23,719 nt of DNA from Armatimonadota bacterium (GCA_046292385.1 JBKBRF010000056.1:15824-39542), one strand, 5' to 3'; shown: positions 8,608-16,590, counted from the stretch's first letter. The notes: generated from the letters alone by a model not told the origin. Numbers and translations are program-made.

Positions 8608-8728
8608 GCGGTTGAAACCGCGGCAACAACAGCACGAAGTCCCCCTGCGGGGACTCTGCAGCACCTGGTTTGGGCGTCCGGGAGGACGCTTGGCCGCAGG
8701 CCGGACAGCGAGGGAATTCATTCCCTCG
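8608..8728. repeat. Degenerate REP-like cluster of four hairpins
   Basis: GCGGT-TGAA-ACCGC (8608..8621), AGTCCCC-CTGC-GGGGACT (8638..8655), GCGTCC-GGGA-GGACGC (8674..8689), CGAGGGAAT-TC-ATTCCCTCG (8709..8728). Confidence 0.65.
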
Positions 8729-8763
8729 TGCCGTGATCGGAGCGGTTCTCACGCAGCAGTCTC

Positions 8764-9957
8764 ATGAGTGCCCACCCACCGCTACTCCAAATCGAATCGA
8801 CACCCCAGCTCCTCCCGCCCCGTCCGGCGGAGCCGATCGGCGTGTACGTGCACATCCCGTTCTGCGTGCGGAAGTGCTACTACTGCGACTTCGCCGCCGG
8901 CCCGGCGCCGGAGGCGATCCGGCAGCAGTACGTCGACAGGCTGGTCGACGAGATCCGCGGCCACGCCTGGCGCGGCGCGGCGGCGCGGACCCTCTACTTC
9001 GGCGGCGGGACGCCGAGCGAGCTGAGCACGCCGCAGCTGGCGCGGATCACCGAGGCGGCGCGGGAGACGTTCCGCTTCTCCGAGGGGGCGGAATGGTCGA
9101 TCGAGTGCAACCCCGGCACCGTCTCCGTGGAGTCGTTTACCGCCATACGGGAGATGGGCTTCAATCGGGTGAGCCTGGGACTGCAGACGTTCCACGACGC
9201 CCACCTGAAGGCGCTGGGGCGGATCCACACGGCGGCGGAGTCGGTAGAGGCGATCGAGGCGGCGCAGCAGGCCGGCATTCCGCGGCTCAGCCTCGACCTG
9301 ATCTTTTGCCTGCCGGGGCAGACGCTGGAGGAGTGGCGGAGCGACGTGGAGCGGGCGCTCTCCTTCGGCGCGGAGCACCTCTCCCTCTACAACCTCACCA
9401 TCGAGCAGCAGACCGAGTTCGGGCGGCGGTACCGTGCCGGCTTGCTTGCCCTCCCGGATGAGGACCTCTCGGCCGACATGTACGAATGGGTAATCGACCG
9501 GCTGACGTCCCACGGCTTCGAGCAGTACGAGGTCTCCAACTTCGCCCGCCCGGGCGCGGAATGCCGCCACAACCAGACCTACTGGCGCGGCGAGCCGTTC
9601 CTGGGGCTGGGTCTCGGCGCCGCCAGCTACGCCGAGGGCCTCCGCTGGGGCAATACCCGCAGCATGCAGCGGTATCTCGCCACCGCGTGCCGTCCCCAGG
9701 GACCGGAGCGCGCCTGGGAAGAGCGGCTGGAGGTGCGGGAGGCGCTGGGAGAGGCGATGATGGTCGGCCTGCGCACCCGGGAGGGGATCTCCGTGGGCGA
9801 GCTGAGCCGCCGGTTCGGACTCGACGTAGAGGCGCTGCACGGAGCGGTGCTGCGGGAGTGCCGGGAGGACGGCCTGCTCGAGCCGTACGGCGACCGTCTC
9901 CGGCTGACCCGCCGCGGCATCATGCTCGCCAATGCGGTCTGCGAGCGGTTTCTATAG
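8764..9957 (+). CDS. hemW: Radical SAM heme chaperone HemW (HemN-like)
   Basis: YVHIPFCVRKCYYCDF, YFGGGTPS, ECNP, NRVSLGLQ, YEVSNFA and the HemW-diagnostic HNxxYW (HNQTYW); lacks the long HemN N-terminal extension. Confidence 0.9.
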   Translation: MSAHPPLLQIESTPQLLPPRPAEPIGVYVHIPFCVRKCYYCDFAAGPAPEAIRQQYVDRLVDEIRGHAWRGAAARTLYFGGGTPSELSTPQLARITEAARETFRFSEGAEWSIECNPGTVSVESFTAIREMGFNRVSLGLQTFHDAHLKALGRIHTAAESVEAIEAAQQAGIPRLSLDLIFCLPGQTLEEWRSDVERALSFGAEHLSLYNLTIEQQTEFGRRYRAGLLALPDEDLSADMYEWVIDRLTSHGFEQYEVSNFARPGAECRHNQTYWRGEPFLGLGLGAASYAEGLRWGNTRSMQRYLATACRPQGPERAWEERLEVREALGEAMMVGLRTREGISVGELSRRFGLDVEALHGAVLRECREDGLLEPYGDRLRLTRRGIMLANAVCERFL

Positions 9958-10063
9958 AACGAGAGCGGAGAAGTGCGGCACCATCCAGCGGTGTGGCTGT
10001 CTGTCCTATGAGTGAGGGAGCGATCGGGATGATCGCGACCGCCGGACAGCGGGAGGTAGTAGG

Positions 10064-10975
10064 ATGAAGCGCAAGAAGAAGAGCGGGAAGTCGCCCGGCA
10101 TGCTGCTGGGGCTCGTCGGTCTGGGAGTCGCCAGTGGAATTTTCGGCGCGTTTTTCGTCGGCCCGCGCCTCTCCGAGTGGACCGATGAGGAGCCAACGCG
10201 CCAGACTGCCTCGGCCCGCGTGCCGTCCCGGGCGGCGAAGGCGGACGAGCCTGCCCGCGACGAAGCGCCGGAAGAGCAGCCCCGGGTGGCGATCCACTCC
10301 GCCCGCGCCGAGCGCCCCGCGGAGCCGGAGCGCAAGTCCGAGCGCGACTCCCACCCGCCGATCTCCGACCGCGAGCTCGCCGAGCTGACCTACGATCCCG
10401 ACGCCGACCCCTCGACCCGCGATTCCGCGGAAGAGCCGGTCCGGGTGGCGGTCCGCCGCGGTGAGGGCGAGCCGGACCGCGGTGAGAGTGAAGAGCGGGA
10501 GCGCCGGCGGGAAGAAGAACGCCGCGCGGAAGAGCGCCGGCGAGAAGAAGAGCGGCGGGAGGAGGAGCGGCGGGAAGCGCGCGAGCGCGAAGCACGGGAG
10601 CGTGAGGCGCGGGAGCGCGCGGAGCGGGAGCGGACCGCTCGCCAACCCGCAACGCCGGCGCCGAAGCCGGCCCCGGCGAAGCCGGCTCCCGCCAAGCCTG
10701 CCGCGCCGGTGACCGCCGCCGGCACCGAGGCGGCCCCCGCCGCCGACGCGGGTCCGCTGCTCCGGGTTCGTCTGGGCCGCTTCAAGTCTCGCGAGGATGC
10801 GGAGAAGCTGCGCCAGGAGCTCGGCGAGACCCCCGGTGCCGTCCCGGCCGTGGTGAAGGTTGGGGAGGACTACCGGATTCAGGTCGGCGCGTTCCGCCAG
10901 CGGGAGAATGTGGATAAGCTCCTGCAAGAGCTCCGCGCGCGGAACTACCGCCCGGAAGTGGTGCAGGACCGGTAG
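10064..10975 (+). CDS. Membrane-anchored SPOR-domain protein
   Basis: Basic N-terminus plus one TM helix, E/R-rich helix, PAK-rich linker, C-terminal VRLGRFKSREDAEKL...YRIQVGAFRQRENVDKLLQEL; SD GGAGG. Confidence 0.85.
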   Translation: MKRKKKSGKSPGMLLGLVGLGVASGIFGAFFVGPRLSEWTDEEPTRQTASARVPSRAAKADEPARDEAPEEQPRVAIHSARAERPAEPERKSERDSHPPISDRELAELTYDPDADPSTRDSAEEPVRVAVRRGEGEPDRGESEERERRREEERRAEERRREEERREEERREAREREAREREARERAERERTARQPATPAPKPAPAKPAPAKPAAPVTAAGTEAAPAADAGPLLRVRLGRFKSREDAEKLRQELGETPGAVPAVVKVGEDYRIQVGAFRQRENVDKLLQELRARNYRPEVVQDR

Positions 10976-11017
10976 GGACACGATCCGGAGGAGACTTTTC
11001 CGAGGGAGACTTGCTAA

Positions 11018-11198
11018 CCGTAAGCAGTCATGCTGAACAACGTGAAGCATCTCGGCAGCCGTTCTGGATCGGAAAAAGCATAGACGTGACGAGGACTCGG
11101 CCTGGTGGGACGCACCCGGACGAGTGGCCAGCCGCCCCTCCCGAAAAGCCGAGTTACGTAGATCCTTCACTGCGTTCGGGATGACTCGCACGGGGTGT
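11018..11198. repeat. REP-like doublet (REPIN-like module), left flank of the GIY-YIG gene
   Basis: GTCATGCTGAACAACGTGAAGCATCT (11027..11052) and inverted AGATCCTTCACTGCGTTCGGGATGAC (11160..11185); direct repeat of 11576..11756 at an offset of 558 bp. Confidence 0.92.
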
Positions 11199-11251
11199 TG
11201 AGGAAGGTCGGAGTCAGTTCGCGGGTGGCGATGTAGCGTTTAGAGACAGAA

Positions 11252-11572
11252 TTGACCCAGAGGTTGTACACGACGTATATCCTCGCCAGCCGGACACGGA
11301 AGCTTTACGTCGGCGTGACGAGTGATCTCGAGCGGCGGATACTCGAGCATCGATCCGGCACCGGGTCGGAGTTCACCCGTCGTTACCGGATCTTTCGCCT
11401 CGTGTGGTATGAGCATTTTGATAGCCCTATTGCCGCTATCGAAGCAGAGAAGCGCATCAAGGGATGGACACGCGCCCGCAAGCTGGCGCTGGTCGAGAGC
11501 ACGAATGCGGAGTGGCGCGACCTGTACTCGCCTGTAATCGAAAGCAGCGAACCCGACCGCACCCAGCCATGA
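11252..11572 (+). CDS. Stand-alone GIY-YIG nuclease family protein, 106 aa
   Basis: YTTYIL...LYVGVTSDLERRILEHR (GIY/YIG-like motifs with conserved Arg and His), FTRRY, LVWYEHF, AIEAEKRIKGWTRARKLALVESTNAEWRDL (catalytic Glu and conserved C-terminal Asn-x-x-Trp); TTG start. Confidence 0.92.
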   Translation: MTQRLYTTYILASRTRKLYVGVTSDLERRILEHRSGTGSEFTRRYRIFRLVWYEHFDSPIAAIEAEKRIKGWTRARKLALVESTNAEWRDLYSPVIESSEPDRTQP

Positions 11573-11575
11573 CAC

Positions 11576-11756
11576 CCGTAAGGAGTCATGCTGAACAACG
11601 TGAAGCATCTCGGCAGCCGTCCTGGACCGGAACAGGCCTGGACGTGGCGGGGCTGGAGCCTAGCGAGTATCTCCCGAGCGGAAGTGCCTGCCGGTTTCAC
11701 GTCGAGCTGTGCGACGGAGATCCTTCACTGCGTTCAGGATGACTCGTACGGGGCGT
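11576..11756. repeat. REP-like doublet (REPIN-like module), right flank of the GIY-YIG gene
   Basis: GTCATGCTGAACAACGTGAAGCATCT (11585..11610, identical to 11027..11052) and inverted AGATCCTTCACTGCGTTCAGGATGAC (11718..11743, exact reverse complement of 2188..2213). Confidence 0.92.
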
Positions 11757-11822
11757 GCTAGCTGTCGGCTGGATCTCGGCAGGCACAGGGGCAGATCGGC
11801 GTTCGTTCGGCTGGTGGAGACG

Positions 11823-12299
11823 ATGAAACAGAACCCGGGCGGTAATCAGGGCGGCAGGAAAGTGGTAGTCGTAAACCGGAAGGCCCGGCACGAGTACGAC
11901 ATTCTGGAGACGATCGAGGCGGGGGTGATGCTCACCGGCACCGAGATCAAGTCGGTGCGGGCGGGGCGCGTGCAGCTCCAGGACTCCTACGCGCGCGTGC
12001 AGGACGGCGAGGTCTGGCTCCACAACGCGCACATCGCTCCGTACGAGCAGGGGAACCGCAACAACGTGGAGGCGGTCCGCCCGCGCAAGCTGCTACTCCA
12101 CCGGCGGGAGATCGACCGCCTCATCGGGCGGGCGCACGAGAAGGGGCTCACGCTCGTGCCGCTCGACATCCACATGCGCAACGGCTTCGCCAAGGTGGAG
12201 CTGGCGATCGCTAAGGGGCGGAAGCTCTGGGACAAGCGCGAGGCGATTGCGGAACGGGAAGCGAAGCGGGACCAGCAGCGAGCCCTCTCCGAGCGCTGA
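11823..12299 (+). CDS. smpB: SsrA-binding protein SmpB, 158 aa
   Basis: NRKARHEY, EAGVMLTGTEIKS, RPRKLLLHRREI, GLTLVPL, KGRKLWDKRE; ATG 11823 with SD GGAG (the ORF track start at 11709 is over-extended into the repeat). Confidence 0.97.
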   Translation: MKQNPGGNQGGRKVVVVNRKARHEYDILETIEAGVMLTGTEIKSVRAGRVQLQDSYARVQDGEVWLHNAHIAPYEQGNRNNVEAVRPRKLLLHRREIDRLIGRAHEKGLTLVPLDIHMRNGFAKVELAIAKGRKLWDKREAIAEREAKRDQQRALSER

Positions 12300-12318
12300 A
12301 GCGAGTCAGAAAGCGAGA

Positions 12319-12351
12319 ATGGCCGGGGGCTCACCCCCGGCCATCCGTTTC
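12319..12351. terminator. Probable intrinsic terminator between convergent genes
   Basis: ATGGCCGGGGG-CTCA-CCCCCGGCCAT (12319..12344), an 11-bp stem with short T-rich tails on both strands. Confidence 0.7.
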
Positions 12352-12371
12352 TCGCTACCCGGCTCCCGATC

Positions 12372-12947
12372 TCAGTCGAGATCGCGCACCAGGCCGCCGG
12401 TCACCTGCCGGAGGGCGTACTCCTCCAGCACCTCGGTGTGGCGCTCCTTCTCCCGGACGACCGGCTTGACGGCGCGGTCGATCCGCTTGTCGCCGGAGGC
12501 GTAGGCCACCCGCTGGAGGGCGGTCCAGCCGAGGTGCGAGGCGCGCTGCCGGGAGACGAGCTCCCAGGCGCCCACCGCTTCGCCGCCCTCGGTCTTGTTC
12601 CCGCCGTTGCCGGAGGAGCGAGAGCCGAGGTCCCGGGCGAGCTGCTCCAGCGTCTGCCGGTGCCGGTCTACCTGCGCCTGCACGTCCGCCAGGGCCGGGT
12701 CGCCGCTCTGCTCCGCCAGCGCCCGCACCGCCGCGGCATGGGCGCGCTCCCGCTCGATCAGGCGGGTGAAGAGCGCCTCCACCTGTGCCGGGTCGAGCGG
12801 GCTCGTGATCTGGATCGGCTCCGGGGTGTCGAGCGGAAAGCTCACGAACTGCTCGTCCGACCCGAAGCTCGCGGTCTGCGACTCGCCCTTCTTGGGGATT
12901 CGGCCCCCGCGTCCGGAGCGGCCGCGTCGTCGTCGTGGATCTGCCAT
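12372..12947 (-). CDS. Hypothetical protein, possibly ferritin-like four-helix bundle
   Basis: SD GAGGAG; starts 8 bp after the upstream gene's stop; helical pattern with ERERAH, QVDRH...LEQL and EKERHTEVLEE motifs. Confidence 0.7.
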   Translation of the reverse strand: MADPRRRRGRSGRGGRIPKKGESQTASFGSDEQFVSFPLDTPEPIQITSPLDPAQVEALFTRLIERERAHAAAVRALAEQSGDPALADVQAQVDRHRQTLEQLARDLGSRSSGNGGNKTEGGEAVGAWELVSRQRASHLGWTALQRVAYASGDKRIDRAVKPVVREKERHTEVLEEYALRQVTGGLVRDLD

Positions 12948-12955
12948 CTAACTCC

Positions 12956-14884
12956 TCACTCCGTCGCGCGCTCGGTCTCTTCGCCGGAGGCCGGCTCGGA
13001 CTGCTCTTCGGCCGGCGCCTCGGAAGCCTCGGCGTCTGCCGGCTCCGAAGCGGGCTCCGCCGTGGTGGGCTCCGCCTCGCCCGCAGGCGGCTGGGATTCT
13101 CCGGAGAGCTCCTCCGGGGAGAGCACCGTCTCCTCTTCCGCGGGAGCGGCTGCCTCTTCCGCGGGAGCGGCTTCCGCTTCGGGGACCTCGGCTTCCGCAG
13201 GTGCGGCTTCGGCGGCAGGCTCTTCGCCCGCAGCTTCCTCGGCGGTCTCCGGAGCTGCCGGCTCCTCTTCGCCCTGGTCCGGCTCGGCGCTCTCCTCGAC
13301 CACCTGCACCTCACCGCCGGCCTCGGCGCTCGTCACCTCGTCCTGGACCTGGTCCTCGGCAGCCTCGGCCGCTTCGGTGACTTCGGTCTCCTCCGTGACT
13401 TCGGCCTCCTCCGCCAGCTCGGCGCCGGTCTCTTCGGCCGTCACTGCTTCGGCCGCCTCGGCTTCCTCGGTCGGCTGGCCGCGCCGGCGGTCGCCGCGGC
13501 GGGCGCGCTCCGGCTTCTCGGTGACGGTCAGCGTCTCCCGGATCCGGGTGATGCGCCAGACGATGCCGGTGCCGCCGAACGGCTCCAGGCCGTGCTCCCG
13601 GTTGAGGCGGACCTCTCCCATGTCGACCACGTAGAGCACTTCACCGGTCGGGTCGAACTGCACGTCGAACGGCCGCTCCAGGCCGCCGGAGTTGCCGGCG
13701 GAGGAGGGACCGCCCTGGCGGTTGACCAGGAAGTCGGCCGTGTCGCCGGTCCGCAGGTTCACCCGCACCACCCGGTGGCCGTGCGGCGCGTCATCGCCGG
13801 GATAGGCGGCGGCGCTCCACTCGCCGGAGAGCGCCACCAGCGCCTCGCCTACGAAGCCGAACTCCTCCGAAGAAGAGACGCTGAAGCGGCCGACGCCGGA
13901 GCGGGGCGCGAAGGTAGCGAGCGGCGTGCCGGCGACCTTCGGCGCGTCCTGCAGGAGCTGGCGCGGCTGCGGGTGCCCCGGCAGCCGGAACCGCGGCTCG
14001 GTGACCGCGATGCCGCTGGCGTGGTCCGGCCAGCCGTAGTAGCCGCCGTTCTGGATCTCCCACAGATTGTCCGGCGCTCCCGCGATCGGGCGGCTGCCGC
14101 GCTCTTCCATCCCGCCTTCGGTTGCCATGATCTGGCCGTCGGGGCCGCAGCAGACGCCGACCGGGTTTCGCAGACCCCACGCCACCCGCTCCGGCTCCGC
14201 GGTGTCCGCCGCCAGCCGGTAGATGGCGCCGCCGCAGCGCGCGGCGCCGCGGACCTGCTCCCCCGCCTCGCAGCGGATCCCGAACGGCTTGAAGCTGCCG
14301 GTGGTGCGACGGGCGGAGCCGCCGGCGGTCGGCTGGCCGGTGACGTAGTTGATGCCGTTCAGCCGCACGTCGGCGCCGGGCACGTCGGCCCAGTCCGGAT
14401 GGGCCGCCACCCAGCCGCGGGCGGCGTTGTCCAGCCCCACCACGCCGCTGTTGGTGCGGACTCCCACGCCGAAGATGAGGGCGCCGGAGGCATCGAGCGA
14501 GAGGCCGCTCAGGCCGTAGTCGCCCCCGCCGGGGAGCCCCTCCACCAGCACCTCCACCTCGCCCTCGGCGGTGACCCGCAGCACGCGGGGGGAGGGGCCG
14601 TCCTCGCCGATCAACAGCTCGCCGTTCCGGTAGACGAGACCCAGGATCGGGTTCTCCAGCCGGCCGATCTCCGTGACAGAGCGGTCCGGGTCGATCCGCA
14701 GCACACGCGGCGGGGCGACCACGGAGCCGGCCACGCCCCCGGCCTCAGCCAGGTAGAGCTCGCCTCCGGGACCGAAGGAGATGGCGGAAGGGAAGGTCAG
14801 CCCCGTAACGAGCGCCTCCACCCGGTATCCCTGCGGCGCCACGATCGCGTCGGGATTCACCGACCGCAGTGGTCCGATTCGCAT
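12956..14884 (-). CDS. Glucose/sorbosone dehydrogenase-like beta-propeller protein with long acidic C-terminal tail
   Basis: GLTFPSAISFGPGGELYLAE, TNSGVVG, AWGLRNPVG, ERGSRPI, GYYGWPD, GLERPFDVQFDPTGEVLYVVDMG; last ~170 aa are E/A/P-rich; SD GGGAG. Confidence 0.82.
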   Translation of the reverse strand: MRIGPLRSVNPDAIVAPQGYRVEALVTGLTFPSAISFGPGGELYLAEAGGVAGSVVAPPRVLRIDPDRSVTEIGRLENPILGLVYRNGELLIGEDGPSPRVLRVTAEGEVEVLVEGLPGGGDYGLSGLSLDASGALIFGVGVRTNSGVVGLDNAARGWVAAHPDWADVPGADVRLNGINYVTGQPTAGGSARRTTGSFKPFGIRCEAGEQVRGAARCGGAIYRLAADTAEPERVAWGLRNPVGVCCGPDGQIMATEGGMEERGSRPIAGAPDNLWEIQNGGYYGWPDHASGIAVTEPRFRLPGHPQPRQLLQDAPKVAGTPLATFAPRSGVGRFSVSSSEEFGFVGEALVALSGEWSAAAYPGDDAPHGHRVVRVNLRTGDTADFLVNRQGGPSSAGNSGGLERPFDVQFDPTGEVLYVVDMGEVRLNREHGLEPFGGTGIVWRITRIRETLTVTEKPERARRGDRRRGQPTEEAEAAEAVTAEETGAELAEEAEVTEETEVTEAAEAAEDQVQDEVTSAEAGGEVQVVEESAEPDQGEEEPAAPETAEEAAGEEPAAEAAPAEAEVPEAEAAPAEEAAAPAEEETVLSPEELSGESQPPAGEAEPTTAEPASEPADAEASEAPAEEQSEPASGEETERATE

Positions 14885-14906
14885 GTATCAACACTCCCTG
14901 TTTTGG

Positions 14907-14999
14907 ACTGAGTGGGAGAAAACGTGAGTGGGCGAGCTTGAGAGCCGGCTGTCGCGAGCGGGTCTCCCTTGCCCCCACTCTCCCTTTCTCCCACTCAGT
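14907..14999. repeat. Intergenic inverted repeat built on GGGAGA(A/G)-type units
   Basis: ACTGAGTGGGAGAAA (14907..14921) and its perfect inverse at 14985..14999, with imperfect inward extension (GAGTGGG / CCCACTC). Confidence 0.65.
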
Positions 15000-15003
15000 T
15001 CCA

Positions 15004-16170
15004 CTAACGGACGCCGAGCAGGACCTCCATCGTCAGCTGGTCCAGCTTCTCGTATCCGCGGCCCTTCGCGCCGATCGCGGGCCGGTCGAACTCCCGGCCG
15101 GAGAGGGTGCTGGCGCTCTCGGAGCTGTAGGAGCCCATGAGGCGCTCCAGCTCTTCGTCGCCGGCGCGGATCTGGTTCAGCAGACCGGTGATCTCCGGAT
15201 CGGCGTTGAAGCGGCGCACCTTCTCCTGCAGGATCTTGTAAGTCCGCATGCAGCCGGCACAGAAGTCCCAGACCCCGTCCCGGTCTTCGGTGCGCAGCGC
15301 GTGCGCGTCGAAGTGGCGCATGCCAGGCCACTGGTAGTCTTCCAGCAGCTTCACCAGGAAGAAGGCGTTCTTGATATCTTCCTGCCCGAAGCGGAAGTCC
15401 TGGTCGTACCGGCCCGGCTTCTGGGAGTTCAGGTCGATGTGGAAGAGCTTGCCGGACTCCAGCGCCTGGGCCACGCCGTGGTAGAAGTTGAGACCCGCCA
15501 TCGTCTCGTGGGCCACTTCCGGGTTGACGCCGACCATCGACGGGTCTTCCAGCGTCTCGATAAACGCCAGCATGTGCCCGGTGGTGGAGAAGTAGATGTC
15601 GCCGCGCGGCTCGTTCGGCTTCGCCTCCAGGGCGAACTTCAGGTTGTAGCCCTGGTCCTTGACGTAGCCGATCAGGAAGTTGAAGCACTCCCGCATCCAC
15701 TTCACTGCCTGGACCGCGTCCTTGGCGGCATCGGTCTCCGTCCCCTCCCGGCCGCCCCAGAAGACGTAGGTCTCCGCGCCCAGCTCCACGCCGAGGTCGA
15801 TCGACCGCATCGTCTTCTGCAGCGCGTAGGCGCGCACCTTCGGCTCGTTGGAGGTGAAGGCGCCGTCCTTGAAGATCGGGTCTCCGAAGAGGTTGGTCGT
15901 CGCCATCGGGACCTTCATGTCGTAGTCCCGCAGCGCCTGCTTGAACTCGCTTACGATCCGGTCGCGCTCGGCGGGCGTGGCGTCGATCGGCACGAGGTCG
16001 TTGTCGTGCAGGTTCACGCCGTACGCACCCAGCTCGGAGAGGCGCTTCACGCCCTCCACCGGGGTGATCTTCTCCCGCACCGGCTCGCCGAACGGATCCC
16101 GGCCCGGGTTGCCGAACGTCCAGAGTCCAAAAGTGAACCGATCCGCCTTCGTCGGTTGATACGCGTCCAT
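15004..16170 (-). CDS. xylA: Xylose isomerase (class I, short type), 388 aa
   Basis: [78 protein letters not shown] 16170 with SD GGAG. Confidence 0.96.
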   Translation of the reverse strand: MDAYQPTKADRFTFGLWTFGNPGRDPFGEPVREKITPVEGVKRLSELGAYGVNLHDNDLVPIDATPAERDRIVSEFKQALRDYDMKVPMATTNLFGDPIFKDGAFTSNEPKVRAYALQKTMRSIDLGVELGAETYVFWGGREGTETDAAKDAVQAVKWMRECFNFLIGYVKDQGYNLKFALEAKPNEPRGDIYFSTTGHMLAFIETLEDPSMVGVNPEVAHETMAGLNFYHGVAQALESGKLFHIDLNSQKPGRYDQDFRFGQEDIKNAFFLVKLLEDYQWPGMRHFDAHALRTEDRDGVWDFCAGCMRTYKILQEKVRRFNADPEITGLLNQIRAGDEELERLMGSYSSESASTLSGREFDRPAIGAKGRGYEKLDQLTMEVLLGVR

Positions 16171-16294
16171 GTTGCTCTCCATCGCGTCCGGCACGGCTGC
16201 GTCGCGGCGCAGACCGGGCTTCGTGCGAGTACAGGGGTGGGCACTCTTAGCGTGCGGGCGGAAAGCTGCCCCGGCGCGCCGGCCTCCAACCAGA

Positions 16295-16303
16295 ACTGTA
16301 GCA
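16295..16303 (-). promoter_or_regulatory. Candidate extended -10 (TGCTACAGT) upstream of xylA
   Basis: TGnTAnnnT on the minus strand about 125 nt upstream of the xylA start. Confidence 0.35.
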
Positions 16304-16555
16304 CAACGGTCCGGCAACCGGCGGTATGGATGACGAGCCGCCGCCCGCACGCAGGGCGGGAGGAGGCGAAGCAGCCACAGAGCCGGTACGAGGAAAGCCC
16401 CCCGCCCCATGAAGGAACGGAGGGCCGGCCAGATCAGGACCTCTCCCCATAGCCCCGTTGGCCGGTGGAGCTTACCTGTCCGGAGAGATTTCCAAACCTC
16501 CCTTCGCCCGGTCGGCGGGTCGGGTCCCGGGCAAGTCCCCACGCGGTCGCTACTC

Positions 16556-16590
16556 ATAATCCCTAATTATCTATCGATAGTAATTCATAA
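16556..16590. promoter_or_regulatory. AT-rich dyad, candidate LysR/OxyR-type operator upstream of cydA
   Basis: ATAA-N7-TTAT (16556..16570, T-N11-A) followed by perfect palindrome CTATCGATAG (16571..16580) in a sharply AT-rich patch. Confidence 0.5.

Larger units (their letters stand above)
11018..11756 (+). mobile_element. Putative repeat-flanked GIY-YIG cassette (REPIN-nuclease-REPIN)
   Basis: Nuclease gene bounded by two direct copies of a palindromic doublet, with a solo copy at 2188..2342; visibly more A/T-ending codons than neighbouring genes. Mobility is inferred, not shown. Confidence 0.6.

Noticed and set aside
11027..11743. Repeats around the nuclease as a CRISPR array
   Set aside because: Units alternate in orientation, the 107-bp spacers are homologous to each other, and no cas genes are present.
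11709..11822. N-terminal extension of SmpB
   Set aside because: It is translated repeat DNA (SFTAFRMT also appears in spurious ORFs at 1827..2327 and, as SFTPFRMT, 2203..2427); ATG 11823 has an SD and gives normal SmpB length.
12300..12371. tmRNA (ssrA) next to smpB
   Set aside because: The gap is only about 70 bp and holds a terminator hairpin; no tmRNA or tRNA seen in the window.
12935..14911. Long antisense ORFs (e.g. 658 aa here, 542..1975, 3733..5382, 14869..16452)
   Set aside because: Typical stop-poor shadows of real genes in high-GC DNA.
16171..16557. 129-aa N-terminal extension of XylA
   Set aside because: Not protein-like; ATG 16170 has an SD and gives the canonical ~388-aa class I enzyme.
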